Below, piece by piece: positions 1-12,091 of a DNA stretch of 64,000 nt. The stretch comes from Malacoraja senta (taxonomy: Eukaryota). Both the position numbers and the translations under genes were made by a program. Location: positions 8,372,001 through 8,436,000 of the forward strand of contig CM075988.1 in NCBI GenBank assembly GCA_038087875.1, written 5' to 3'. The notes below the pieces were generated by a model. It did no database searches. It worked only from the letters and a program-made list of their open reading frames with translations, and had not been told where the DNA came from. How positions within the stretch are numbered: position 1 is the first letter of the stretch; every line of letters begins with the position of its first letter.

Positions 1-195
1 ACAATTTTACCAAAGCCAGTTGACCTGTACATCTTTGGAGTGCGGGGGGAATCCGGAGCACCTACCCGGAGAAAACCCACTCGGTCATAGGGAGAATGTA
101 CAAACTCCGTTTCGACAATGCCCGTAGTTGGGATTGAACCCGGGTACCTGGCGCTGAATGGCAGCAGCTCTACTGCTGTGCCACAGTGCTACCCG
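1..195 (-). mobile_element. tRNA-derived V-SINE (HE1-like), truncated by window start
   Basis: Reverse complement shows tRNA-like head (gcactgtggcacagcagtagagctgctgcc...ccgggttcaatcc) and V-domain (ggagtttgtacattctccc...ctccaaagatgtacagg). Confidence 0.85.
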
Positions 196-656
196 CTAAA
201 CTTACGTCCAACCTACCTAAGAAAGTTACCTCCATTTTTTTTTTTTCCTACGTAGCTTATGGCCAGAAAAGTTGAGATATACACCACAAGGGGCCTAAGC
301 AATATCTGAATGATGGTCGTATCCACCAGGAGATATCTAGTGTAACCTTTAACATGTTTAGTCTCCCTCATGCTCAGTGCCTCATCTATGCTCAAATAAT
401 AATATCAGCAGGGTCTTCTTGCAGTGATATCACAATCAAACGGAGGGTGCACCTATTGTGCTGAGGTGTGTAACATGCCACCATCAGTGGGGTCTATTTT
501 CCCAGTGACAACACATTTTCATCATTGGAACCTACCTACAGCCATCAGGCGATTAAACACAACAACCTCCAAATAGGCTCTGAACTACATAGACAGGGGC
601 ATTATTTTGACTTTGTACTATTATTGTTTGCTTTATGTATATATATATATATATAC

Positions 657-740
657 ATGTCTGAAGAAAGGTCTCGACCTGAAACGTCACCTATTCCTCA
701 GCTGACCCGCTGAGTTACTCCAGCTCTTTGTCTATCTTTC
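657..740 (+). mobile_element. Short Penelope-like (PLE) 3'-end copy inserted in a (TA)n tract
   Basis: gtctgaagaaaggtctcgacctgaaacgtcacc...gctgagttactccagc; flanked on both sides by tttatgtatatatata. Confidence 0.85.
659..692 (+). ncRNA. Minimal hammerhead ribozyme motif (intact core)
   Basis: CTGAAGA 661-667, extra A, stem II AGGT-ctcg-ACCT 669-680, GAAA 681-684, palindromic ACGT stem III, GTC cleavage triplet 686-688. Confidence 0.75.
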
Positions 741-743
741 TTT

Positions 744-747
<4 letters not shown>

Positions 748-781
<34 letters not shown>
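748..781. repeat. (TA)n microsatellite
   Basis: Pure TA run; a shorter run lies at 639-655. Confidence 0.95.
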
Positions 782-784
<3 letters not shown>

Positions 785-1573
785 GACAATAACCAAGATG
801 GGGTTTTTTAATGCCTAATAACATATAAATGCCTCACTGTTGATGAAGTAACTTCTGAAATGAACCAGTGAAGGTGAAATGTACAATGTGCAAGCAATTC
901 TCCATTGCCTTTTTGACAATGGATTGACATTAAAAAACATCCTAGAAAGTGATATTGAAAATGGTAGACTGAGGTAGGCAGTGTCACTGGAGACTGACTT
1001 CGACCTGTAATAAGATATATTCAGCCTGATGCCAAGAAATGCTTCACACTAAAAAATTAACATTCCAGTTGAATTCCAGTTAAAATGGTGGCGACCACAA
1101 TCCTGAGCTCATCTAAGAAACAGACAGAGATTGAGAAAGGCTGATGAGTTTTTGTCTGGATGGGTGACCTGGGGCAAGTTGGGTGACCTTATCATCTATC
1201 AGACACAGCACTCCTATCATCAATTTCTTCTGGTTTCCTTTTCTCCAGGAAAATGATACTTAAATTTCGATGTGGGATGAAGGGATATCCTCAAACAGAT
1301 GGAAAATTCACCGTCTGGAACTCAGATGCAAATCCTCACTCCATCCCAGTCCATGCCACGGTACTTACAGTAACTATAAGGATTAGCACTTCAAGACAAA
1401 TTGTAATGACAGTGCGCAAAATCAGCTTGATTTGGAGAATACCGACCATCCTTGTATTTGTTAAAAAAGGAAGGTGTAAATATTCTTTCATCTGAGTATT
1501 CCAATTGATTTTACAAAACTGATTTCATAGCTGGTGTTGAATTGGAAATGTATTGGAGTAATGGCAGGGGGAG

Positions 1574-1730
1574 GGGGCCACAATGCGGGCAGCTAGCAGA
1601 GTCTCTTACTCACAGTGACAGATACCTGAGTTCAATCCTGACCTCGGGTGCTACTGTATCCCTGCAGCATCTGCACATTATCCAGGTGACCTTGTAGGTT
1701 CCTCCATGTGCTCTGATTTTTTTCGTAGGT
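1574..1730 (+). mobile_element. Degenerate V-SINE 5' part
   Basis: cctgagttcaatcctgacctcgggtgct B-box region and decayed V-domain. Confidence 0.6.
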
Positions 1731-1734
1731 TCAT

Positions 1735-2920
1735 AGTACAGAACATAGTACATAGTAGGTACATAGGCCCTTTGTCTTCATTCATCTATGCTGACCAAGA
1801 TGCCTACCTAACTAATTCAATTTTCCTTCATTCGCCCTTACCCCTTCGAACCTTACCTATCCATGTTCCTGACCAAATGTCTTTAAAAATCGTACATTAT
1901 TTTTGCCTATATTACCTCCTCTGGCAGTTCTTGCCAATGTTCCCATCGCCCACTGTGTGAAAATCTTGCCCCAGAGATCTTCTTTAAATGTTTTCCCCCT
2001 CCCCTTCGCCTCTTGCCTTCTAGTTATGGACTCCTCTATCTACTGTATCTATGTCTCTCATAATATTATATACTTCTATTAGGTCATCGATCCGCCTCCT
2101 TTGCACTGGGAAAAAAGTCCCAGCTAATCTAATCTCTCCTTATAACTCTGCCCTCCAAACCAGGTAATATTCTTGTGAATCTTTGCTGCACTCTCTATGG
2201 ATTAATCGCATAGCTCCGATAGTGTGGCAACCACATACAATAGTCCAAGTGTAGTGCGACCAATGTTTTATACAACTGTAACATGAAGTCCAATTTCTGT
2301 CCTCAATGCCATAGCCGATGAAGAAATGATGATGTCATATGCCTTCACTATATTCTGTCTACCTGTGTCACCATTCTCAGGGCAGTACGTACTTGCACCC
2401 CAAGGTCTTGCATTTCAGTAACAGTTCCCAGGGATAGACACAAAATGCTGGAGAAACTCAACAGATCAGGCAGCATCTCCAGATAGAAGGATTGGGGTGA
2501 CATTTCGTCTCCCATTCCCTCGATCCAGAGATGCTGCCTGACCTGTTGAGCTTCTCCAGCATTTTGTGTCAATCTTCGGTGTAAACAAGCATCTGCTGCT
2601 TCCCACACAGACCCTGTCAGTCACTGTGTTTGTTCTGGCCAGGTTTAACTTACCAAAATTCATCACTTCACACTTGCCTGAGTTAAATTCCATCAGCCAG
2701 TTCCCAATTTCCTCAGTTAATCTACATCCTGTTGTAACCTTGGACAACCTTCTTCACTCCACTATACCACTATTTTGGCATTGTTTGTTAACTTACTAAT
2801 CATCCCATCCACATTCGCTACCAATCCATATATGCTGAATACTAAATGACCCAGCACCGATCCCAGCAGCACCCCAGCTGCTGGGATCGATACAGCTTTC
2901 AATCTGAAAAACAACACGAT
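1735..2920 (-). mobile_element. Old CR1 LINE 3' fragment, interrupted by a PLE fold-back
   Basis: Minus-strand remnants WLMEFNSGKCEVMNFGK and GSVLGHLVFSIY...ISKL; CR1 3' UTR near 1740-1900. Confidence 0.75.
2432..2608. mobile_element. PLE 3'-end fold-back (palindromic) element
   Basis: Inverted arms (gacacaaaatgctggag.../...ctccagcattttgtgtc); junction at the gtgacatttcg remnant of the ribozyme. Confidence 0.85.
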
Positions 2921-2924
2921 GTTG

Positions 2925-3020
2925 CATAGAAGGCACAGAGTGCCAGAGTTACTCAGTGGGTCAGGAAGCATCTCAGAAAAACATGGATAGCAACGTTTTG
3001 GTTCGAGATTCTTCCTTGTT
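2925..3020 (-). mobile_element. PLE 3'-end copy, decayed
   Basis: gagttactcagtgggtcaggaagcatctc...gcaacgttttggttcgagattctt. Confidence 0.7.
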
Positions 3021-3359
3021 CCTCCACTACCATTCTCTACCTCCTTACATACTCCAAAGACAGACGAGTTTACAGGTTAAATGCCCACTATAAATCGGCC
3101 ATTGTAAATTGCTCCTACATATGCAGGTGAATGGAGCAATCTGGGGGCAGTTGATGAGAGTATGGGAGAGAACATATTGGGATTAGCAGAATAATGTAAA
3201 TGGGTGGTAGATCACCAGGTAGAAACAAGGAACTCCAGATGCTCATTTACAAGAAGAGTCGGGACCCATCTGAACAAGCGTCCTGACCCAAAACATCACC
3301 CATCCATGTTGCCTGACCCGCATTTTGTGTCTTTTAAAAAAATTGATCATCTGTGCAAA

Positions 3360-3655
3360 CTTTAGAGTTTAAATTAGAGATACAGTGTAGTAACAGGGCC
3401 CCTAAGTCCACTCTGACCAGCGAACACTCCTACACAAGTTCTATCCTGCACATTAGTGACAATTTACAAACGCTATTTCACCAGCAAACCTTTACTTCGT
3501 TGGAGTGTGGGAGGAAACCGCAGCACCGGGAGAAAATCCACGCAGTCACAGGGAGAATGTGCAAACTCCGTACAGACTGCACCCGTAGTCAGGATCGAAC
3601 CCGGGTCTCTGGCGCTGTAAGGCAGCAATACTACCGCTGCACCACCGTGTCGGCT
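3360..3655 (-). mobile_element. V-SINE, full length
   Basis: Tail, V-domain and tRNA head (caggatcgaacccgggtctctggcgctgtaaggcagc). Confidence 0.9.
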
Positions 3656-4584
3656 CTGTGGGCTGAAGGGCCTGTCATTTTGTAAAAGAGTCCAAAATAC
3701 AACTCTGGTTAGCCCAGAACTCAGTCATTAAGCAACTAATCGGCCAGTGGCAAATTAATTAAATGCACCTTGATTTTCCCTGGTCTATATTTCTATTTTA
3801 AGAGAAACACCTTGGTACAGAGGGATGTGTGGAGTGGAATCGCACCTGAGACTCCTCACTAACCTTCATCACTTCTATTGGTACAGTGGATTTGATTGCT
3901 TTTAATTCAGTCAGTTGTTCCTCAGTGTTGGTTTACATCCCCGCACGACCGTGGTATAATCCTCAGGGAAATTAGCAAAATCACAAAGGCAACTGCTTGT
4001 AATTCTATAGCCATTTGCAGACAGAGGGATTAGTGTGATGGCTCAGAAGCAGCAAGGGCTGCAGCATAATTGTGCAATTAGGATTTTGTTAGCAGAATGC
4101 AAATACCTTTTGGCAAATGTTTACCAAAGATCTCAGGGAGTCAGTTACTGAAAGGGAAATCTGATATGCTGAGAGATAATAGCCAAATTCACGACCACAT
4201 GACAATGGTCACCGTGCTTCAAAGTAAATCATTGCATCATTTTGCAAAGGTACTGAGAGATGTCAAAAGAAGCCACATAAATAAAAGTCTTTCTCTTGAA
4301 TAGATATAGATTTCACATCCGGGACAGCTTTATCCTCAGACAACGTCACTACGACAGATTAGCCTATTATTTACCCCAGTGTTGTGGCACACATTTTTGC
4401 TGCATTATTTTCTAAATCAATGGCAATCCCATCAAACATACCTCATTAGCTAATAGGCAAATATGGACACCTGGATCTCAATCTGAAATATCACCTATCC
4501 ATGTTCTCCGGAGGTGCTGCCTGACCTGTTGAGTTACTCCAGCACATTTTTGTGTCCTGTTTTGAACATTGATGTTTTTTCGAT

Positions 4585-5130
4585 TGAAAGGCACAGCAGG
4601 GAAACAGGCCCTTCAGCACACCGAGTCCATGCGGACCCTCGACCACCCATTCACTAGTTCTTGTTAACCCAATTTCACATCCACTCCGTACACACTAGGG
4701 GCACTTTACAGAGGCCAATTAACCTACAAACCCGCAAGCCTTTGAGTTGTGGGAGGAAAGCAGAGCACCTGAAGGAAACCCAATGGGAAGAATGTGCAAA
4801 TTCAACACAGAGAGCACTTCAGGCTTAGCTTAGTTTAGTTTAGTTTAGAGATACAGCGCAGAAACAGGTCCTTCAGCCCACCGAGTCCTCACCGACCAGC
4901 GATCCCCACACATTAACACTATCCAACATACGCTTGGGTTAAATTTAAACTCATACCAAGCCAATTAACTTACAAACCTGTACGTCTTTGGAATGTGGGA
5001 GGAAACCGAAGATCTCGGAGAAAACCCACGTGGTCATGGGGAGAACGTACAAACTCCGTACAGACAGCACCTGTGTTCAGGATTGAACCCGGGTCTCCGG
5101 CGCTGTGAGGCATCAGCATTACCACCTTGT
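4585..5130 (-). mobile_element. Two adjacent/nested V-SINEs
   Basis: Two tail + V-domain units; the second begins with (gttta)n at ~4825. Confidence 0.85.
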
Positions 5131-5179
5131 GCTAAAGAGTACAGTGTAAATGCCACAGATGGCTGTGCAAACGGACATG

Positions 5180-5352
5180 GGGTCTTTTTCAAAGCGGAGA
5201 TTGACAGGTTCTTGATTTATAAGGATGTCAAAGGTCACGGGGAGAAGGCTGGAGAATGGGGCTGAGAAGGAGAAATAGATCTGCCATGATCGAATGGTGG
5301 AGCAGACTCGAAGGGCCAAATGGCCCAATTCTTCTCCTATGTCTTATGATCT
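5180..5352 (+). mobile_element. CR1 LINE 3' end
   Basis: FKAEIDRFL...GEKAGEWG stop, followed by gccatgatcgaatggtggagcagactcgaagggcc 3' UTR. Confidence 0.85.
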
Positions 5353-6237
5353 TATTCATCTCCCTTCACAAGAACCCAGATGCTTCCAGTCCATTTGAAT
5401 GGAATGATGATCAAAGTATTTTGAAGCAATTTAAACAAGAGAGGCCAGTCAGTGGCTGGAATCAATCCTGATGCCTCCACAAAGACACACATGTGCACGT
5501 ATGTGTGATTGCTCCTCTGATTTTGAACAGACTTAGGATCAGACTTGGGATAAATGCCAGAGAAAAACAGCTGGAAAACCATTCCTCTAATTCTCTGGTA
5601 ACTGTTAGAAATTCTATTCAGTTATGATGATGGGCATTTACTATATTTTTCCGTATGTGGGACTCATATACGGTAGATCTATGCTCGAGTAACACTATAT
5701 AACTGAACTCGTCTGCATCTGCTTGCAAGAGATACCAGCATATTTGTGGTGTCCAATGTTTTGTGCTCGAAAAATGATTTACATTTCAAAGGATCTTTTT
5801 AAGGATTGGAAACGATTCCAGATAAAAGTACCATATTTAAATGAGACAAGAAAATAGTAATTATCTTCTACAAACGTCCCAGAGTTCCACCCTCTGCTGC
5901 TAATAACATATAAAGCGTATTAGCAGTCAGCGAAAGTGATAGGAAACAATGAGATCTGACTTATCTAACAGTTAAGAGTCAGAACGCTGAGAGTCGGATA
6001 AAGTGATAGTTGACAATCCATTTGTCGATTGATAAATGCAACTAATTTTTCCAAACCACAATGATCATTAACAGTCAAGCACAGTAACAATTCAAAACAG
6101 AATGCTCTAAACACCATCAATAGAAAATAGGTGCAGGAGTAGGCCATTCAGCCCTTTGAGGGTGAATAGCAAGGGCAAGAAATGACTGTGGCAATGCAAT
6201 GTTCACAAATTTCAGAACTGATAGATATTGGGAACAG

Positions 6238-6372
6238 AGGCACAAGGAACTGCAGATGCTGGTTTACACAAAAAAGACACAAAGTGCTGGAGTAACTCAG
6301 TGGGTCAGGCAGCATCTCTAGAGAAAATGGATAGGTGATGTTTCGGGACCCTTCATCAGATCTTTCTTCAGG
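6238..6372 (-). mobile_element. PLE 3'-end copy
   Basis: gaactgcagatgctgg...ggtgatgtttcgggacccttcatcag; ttgggaac repeated on both flanks. Confidence 0.8.
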
Positions 6373-6482
6373 TTGGGAACTGGTCAGTTTTTAAGACAAG
6401 GAATGTTTGCTTTGAGGAGGCTGGTAATGATGCAGGGAAAGGAAAAGGATATGAGAATAGAGAACCAACCAGGTCTGGGAGC

Positions 6483-6686
6483 AGATACAAAGTGCTGGAG
6501 TAATTCAGCGGGTCAGGCAGCACCTCCAAAGAGAAAGGATGGGTAACGCTTCTTCTGAAGAAGGGTTCTGACCCGAAACATCACCGATATTTTTTTCCTC
6601 CAGAGATGCTGCCTGAACCGCTGAGTTACTCCTGCACTTTGTGTCTATCTTCGGTAAAAATCAGCATCTGCAGTTCTTTGCTACAC
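6483..6686. mobile_element. PLE fold-back element with hammerhead core at 6555-6583
   Basis: ctgaagaagggttctgacccgaaacatcacc; inverted arms. Confidence 0.85.
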
Positions 6687-7394
6687 AGCTATGGGGGCAG
6701 TTGTTCGCTGGACTGGGAGAGCAGGAGTGAGCCGCCTCGACAAGATGGGCTCTGAGGGGATAGAGAGGACAGAGGTTGGAACAAGAAGCCTGAGATCGGA
6801 AAGGTTCAGAAGTCAACAAAGGAGAGACAAGATAATGAGGAGGCAGGGGAGGCTAGAATATTAGCAATCCATCAGTATCTTTAAAACAGACAGGAACAAC
6901 TTTTGAAATCTGTAAAAAGAAAAGATTAACAGAAGTTGACTAGTGGACTGGGACTGGAGATATTATATTTGGGAATAAAGAAATACCAGGACAATCAAAC
7001 AATTATTTTGTGTCTGACTCAATTGAAGAGGAGGAAACCTCCAGAAATACAGGTCTAGAGTGCACACAGAATTGAAGGAAATTAGCATTTGTAACAAAAA
7101 CTATTTTTGAAAAATAAGTAATGTTCCCACGGTTGGGGGTTCTGTAACCCAAGATTTTAGCAATGGAAATACTGATCATCATTTTCCAGAATTGCATAGA
7201 TTTTAAAATGGTCCCGACTGACTGGGAAGCAGCAAATGTAGCCCGACAATAAACAGGCAAAGAATGAACATTGGGAATTACGGACTGATTAGTCTTACAT
7301 CTGTGATTGGAAAAATCCTGGAATCGATTATTAAGAAAGTGGGAACAGGACATTTATATATGTAAATCATGCTTAATACACCTGTTTGATTTAT

Positions 7395-7578
7395 ATGTGT
7401 AGGAAGGAACTGTAAATGCTGGTTTGCACCAAAGATGGATACAAAAAAGCTGGAGTACCACAGTGGGTCAGGCAGCATCTCTGGAAAAAGGTGACATTTT
7501 GACCCGAAGCGTCATCTATTTATTTTCTCCAGAGATGCTGCCTGATCAGCTGGGTTACTCTAATATTTTTAGTCTATG
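7395..7578. mobile_element. PLE fold-back element
   Basis: Inverted arms; tgtttgatt duplicated on both flanks. Confidence 0.8.
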
Positions 7579-8349
7579 TTTGATTGAACCAGAGTATGTG
7601 ATGTATTAAAACTTTCAGCAGGCTTTTGTTCAGGTGACACAAGAGGTTATTAAACAAAAATAGAGAACATAGGATTTTGAGGTAAGATTAATGGACGTAA
7701 AACAGATTGGGAATAAATGGGCCATTTTGAAGTTGGGATGCCATAGGGATTGGTGTTGGGGACCCAGCTGTTCAGAAACTATATCAATAATTGGACGAGG
7801 AGAACAATTGTGATATGTCCAACTTTGCGGATGATACAAATCATCAGTGTGACTTGTGAGAAGGATCGAGAGAGGCAGCAGAGGTTGATAGGCTAAGTGA
7901 ATAGGGCAGATGGAATAGAGTGGGGAAACAAATACAAGGTCATGATCATTGGTAGAAGAAATAGAATAGCAGATGAGGGATTGAAATGATGAAGGATTGA
8001 AGTCCATCATTGTTTGATAGAGGGACTGCAGCCCTTGCACTTGTTTTAACTGCGTTGTCTCTGTAGATGTGTATTATATTGTACCTTGTTTATTTTCTCT
8101 TTTGTACTACCTGATGGACTCATGTACGGTACTATTTGCTTGAATAGCACGTAAAAAAACCCAAGTTTTTCACTGCATCTCGTTAGGCATAATCATTGTA
8201 AACTATTGCACATAAATGTTGGCTTTAAGAAGGATCTCTTACAAAAAAAACCCTGAAAATTCACATGCAGGCACATTTAGCAAATAGGAAGGTAAATTGT
8301 ATGAGGATCTGAATTATGTAGAGCCTTATAAAATACATCCTCCCTCCCC

Positions 8350-8465
8350 TTTCAGCTATCACCTGCATCCATGCAGAGCTCATGGACATTATTTACTTCA
8401 CTACTAACTTCCACCCTGTCCTCAAATTCATCAGGACTATCTCAGACACCTTCCTACCCTTTCAG
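8350..8465 (+). mobile_element. PLE reverse transcriptase fragment
   Basis: Translates as ..HAELMDIIYFTTNFHPVLKFIRTISDTFLPF, resembling the PLE RT segment after the DD motif (NxxHPxLKFT...LPFLD). Confidence 0.65.
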
Positions 8466-8795
8466 CAATGGACTCCAAAACTATATCTGGATTATGTATA
8501 TGTGTCTGGTCTCTGTACCTCAGGAGTTATATACTTGAGATACAGGAAATGTGGTAAAGGTCACTAGATTGATTTCAGGGGTTGGGAGGTGTAGGGTATG
8601 TCCAATGGGGAAGATTATCAGACTGGGCCTATACTTTCTAGAGTTTAGAAGAATAAGAAGTAATCCCAGTGAAGCATATAACATTCTTATAGATTTGACA
8701 GGGTGAGGCAGGTATGACGTTTCCCCTGGTTTATGGAGCAGAGATAACAGTCTCAAAGTAAACACTCAGCCATTCAGGAATGGAATAAGACCGAT

Positions 8796-8892
8796 CAGTC
8801 TGAAGAAGGGTCCCAACCGGAAACATCGCTAATCTACATTCTCCAGAGATGTGGCCTGACCTGCTGAGTTACTCTAGCACTGAGTGTCCTTT
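8796..8892 (+). mobile_element. PLE 3'-end copy with decayed hammerhead
   Basis: cagtctgaagaagggtcccaaccggaaacatcg...gctgagttactc. Confidence 0.8.
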
Positions 8893-9161
8893 ATAGCATT
8901 TACCATGTTTAGCTTAATTTTTTCAATACTATGTAAAAACCTCATTCCCATCTGAAGGTTTATCGATCTTTTTCTGTTTCCATCTTGGTGACGCGGAAGA
9001 CAAAACCAGGGCTTTGCATCTCACTGAAACTGAAAGTTGCAGAAAGCAACTTTAGTTGCTGAACATGTAGAAAAAAAACCATCAACATCTTCAGTCCCCT
9101 GTGGCCAGAGAGAGAGAAAGCAGCTTCATTTGAGGCAACATGGCATTAAAGTGAGGTACGA

Positions 9162-9358
9162 CAGTGGGTCAGGCAGCATCACTGGAGAAAAGGAATAGGT
9201 GATGTTTTTTCTTAAGACTTCTGCAGTCTGAAGAAGGGCATTGACCCGAAACATCACCTATTCATTTTCTCCAAAGGTGCTGCCTAACCCACTGAGCTAC
9301 TCCAGCTTTTTGTGTCTATCTTTGGTGTAAACCAGCTTCTGAAATTCCTTCCTACACA
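9162..9358. mobile_element. PLE fold-back element
   Basis: cagtctgaagaagggcattgacccgaaacatcacc; inverted left arm; tail ttccttcctacac. Confidence 0.85.
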
Positions 9359-9508
9359 CTAAACTGTCGGACCAATTTCAATGATTCTGAAAGATTTTAC
9401 AATCGTGAATGAACGCCCAGGATTTGGTCTGGAGCCTTAGCCAGCTGAATCAGACAGTAGGTAGTTCTTCCAATTAGCTGTCTATGGGACGGTTGCCTGC
9501 TATGTCTT

Positions 9509-9710
9509 TAAGAAAGAACTGCAGATGCTGGAAAATCCCAGGTAGACAAAAATGCTGGAGAAACTCAGCGGGTGCAGCAGCATCTATGGAGCGAAGGAAA
9601 TAGGCAACGTTTCGGGCCTGAAGGAGGGTTTCGGCCCGAAACGTTGCCTATTTCCTTCGCTCCATAGATGCTGCTGCACCCGCTGAGTTTCTCCAGCATT
9701 TTTGTGTACC
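9509..9710. mobile_element. PLE fold-back element, subfamily B, with 15-bp TSD
   Basis: Near-perfect inverted arms; tgcctg(c/t)tatgtctt at 9494-9508 and 9711-9725. Confidence 0.9.
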
Positions 9711-10048
9711 TGCCTGTTATGTCTTCATATAGGGAGTTCGACTGTGCCAAAGCAAACTATTAATTTTTGGAGCATCTTGGGCATTCTGAGGATGTAGAGG
9801 ATGTAATATAAAGTCAAGTTCTTTCCCAGTTTCATTAAGATATTGCAGTTTGCAACGTGAGTTTATTTCTGACAATGATTTGACGTGAAATGTTGACTGT
9901 TTCTTGTCCTACTGATGTGCCCAGACCTGTTGAGTATTTCCAGAATGTTTTGTTTTTATTTATGACTTCTCGTTTGCCCAAATGAAAACAGGAGCCATCC
10001 AAGATTATTCTTTTTTTTTTTAAATTATGGAACAAAGATTCAGAGAGA

Positions 10049-10183
10049 TGTGTAGGAAGGAACTGGTTGAGACCGAAGATAGAGACAAAAAGCTGGAGTA
10101 ACACTGCGACTCTAGCAGCATCTCTGGAGAAAAGGAATAGGTGACGTTTCGGGTTGAGACCCTTCTTCAGACCCTTCTTCAGA
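10049..10183 (-). mobile_element. PLE 3'-end copy with near-intact hammerhead
   Basis: Minus strand reads gggtctgaagaagggtctcaacccgaaacgtcacct; acccttcttcag duplicated at the junction. Confidence 0.85.
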
Positions 10184-11196
10184 GGGATATGGATCAAACA
10201 TGGTAAAGTGGGACTAGTGTAGATGGGCATCTAGGTCACCTGGCATGGATAGGGTCGATGGGCCTATGTTGTAGGACTATGACGCTTTCTACAAGCTGTG
10301 ACACTGAGCGTCATAAATTCAGTGAGTCTGTCTTTGTGAAAATTATGAAAAAAAATTCTGCTTAAAAATCAGGAAACTATTCCCCTAGGACTGGTTTCTT
10401 CCTTCTCACCAAGCATGTTCAGTATTACTTTGATCCACATAAAAACAAAAAAACCCACCCTTTAAGTTTAATGAGCATGTCTGTGGAGCTGGTTGTGGCT
10501 TTATTTAGTGTAAAAATTCACAGGAATTAGCCATCCTCTCACAGAATACCAGATCAGTCAGTGTGGAAGGCAGCACTGACATTGACAGATGCATCTTTTT
10601 AGAAGCAGAACACAAAAAAAATCAGAAATAAATGGGAGCTATTTATTCAATAAAATGGCCAGACATTCCTGGCTTGTGGCCAGATGGGTATCATTTGCTC
10701 ATTCTGCTGTCTAAAAATACTACCTTTTATCGAGTGATGTACTGCAATGTACACATGAGCCACTGAGATCTCTGTGATGTGAGGAACACTTAATCAAATG
10801 GAAGGTTTGTAATATGCGCAAACACAATTAAATTCATTACACATGCAGTGACCATCACTTGTACATTCAATTTGCAATTATTCCATGTGTACATTAATCA
10901 ACGTGTACGACTGTAATTCAGACCCGTTCACCCATCAACTCTCGGCTCGATGCTCTATGCTGGCATACAATGCAAAGATACTCAACTATCAGCTTCTCAT
11001 CCTTATTTTTAAATCCCTCCATTAATTTACTCCTTTCATTCTGCAACATCCTTGAACCGTACTCCCCCTCGGCAAGCTCCTGCAATTCCCCCATCCCAAT
11101 CATCCCTGAATTTAATCACTCCATTACTGGAGCCATAGATAAACTTAACTCGCAGAGCCTCCACTTCCCCTGTCCTTCAATGTCCTTCAAATTCTA

Positions 11197-11320
11197 TCAG
11201 TCTGAAGAAGTGTCCCATCCCGAAACGTCATCTGTCCATTTCTCTCCACACATGCTGCCTGACCTGCTGAATTCACCCAGCACTTTGTTTTTTTGCTCAA
11301 GATTCCAGCATCTACCATCT
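11197..11320 (+). mobile_element. PLE 3'-end copy
   Basis: cagtctgaagaagtgtcccatcccgaaacgtca...ccagcatct. Confidence 0.8.
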
Positions 11321-11326
11321 CTTTAA

Positions 11327-11962
11327 AGGCCTGTCTCACGAGTCTGCGGTCATTGGCGGTGATACAGGAAGTATCTACCGCTCGTGGACCGCCAGAGACC
11401 GCGGGTTCGGTCAAACGCACACCGCCGGGGCCGTGCGGCGTTTGTCCCAACACCGCACGGTGCTCAGAAAAAGTCAGCAATGTCCAAAAATAATTTCTTA
11501 CCGCACAGCCGCCGCCAGTGAGGCACGAGTGCGGCACGGTCACCGCCACAGCCGCCGCCAGTGCGGCACGAGTGCGGCACGGTCACCGCCACAGCCGCCG
11601 CCAGTGAGGCACGAGTGCGGCACGGTCACCGCCACAGCCGCCGCCAGTGCGGCACGAGCGCCGTAAGTCGAACTCTCACCGCCACAGCCTCCGCCAGTGA
11701 GGCACGTGTGCGGCACGGGCGCCGCCACAGCGCCGCGATCAGCACTACCGCCGCCACAGCCCCGCTTGTCTTTTATAAAGCAAATTTCTATAACACCGCA
11801 AGCTCGTGGGACCGGCCGTACTGAGATCACTCGACCCCCGCGCAGCATCCGTGCGGCGCTCCCGCGGCATAGGCTCGGCGCTCTCGTGGTTGACGTGCGG
11901 TCCCCTCTTCCGGCGACGCCGCGCTTCACCGCCAATGCCCGCAACACCGTGAGACAGAGCCT
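11327..11962. mobile_element. Non-autonomous DNA transposon (MITE), PIF/Harbinger-like
   Basis: TIRs aggcctgtctcacg / cgtgagacagagcct; TAA on both sides; GC- and CpG-rich interior. Confidence 0.8.
11500..11762. repeat. 43-bp GC-rich tandem repeat inside the MITE
   Basis: accgccacagccgccgccagtg(a/c)ggcacgagtgcggcacggtc with unit starts at 11542, 11585 and 11628. Confidence 0.95.
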
Positions 11963-12091
11963 TAAGTCTTCAAAATCTAATTCCTTAAAAAATGTTTTGG
12001 TCACCTGCTCTAATAATCTTCTTATGTGACTTGACGTCAAATTTTGACTGATAATGTTCACACGTATTCTTAGTGCTCTGTAAATGCAGAT

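Larger units (their letters stand above)
6890..8790 (+). mobile_element. Highly decayed CR1 RT region with nested insertions
   Basis: Remnants gactgggaagcagcaaatgta (DWxxANV), aattacggactgattagtcttaca (NYxxISLT), aactttgcggatgatacaaa (FADDT). Confidence 0.7.
10915..12090 (+). mobile_element. Old L2 3' fragment split by a PLE copy and a MITE
   Basis: ttctcatccttatttttaaatccctcca (ILILxFKSLH-like) upstream; tttggtcacctg...tgtaaatgcag L2-type tail at 11966-12090. Confidence 0.6.

Noticed and set aside
1090..1190. gtctggatgggtgacc resembling the 5S rRNA C box, and a nearby ctgatgag resembling a hammerhead core
   Set aside because: Matches are too short; no rest of 5S, and no stem II/GAAA.
9509..9710. 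Fold-back elements read as DNA-transposon MITEs
   Set aside because: Arms are asymmetric, junctions vary, TSD length varies, and the sequence is continuous with a PLE ORF end at 14848.
11187..12061. Overlapping GC-rich ORFs up to 173 aa
   Set aside because: Products of the 43-bp tandem repeat in a MITE; the unit is not a multiple of 3 and no domain is recognisable.
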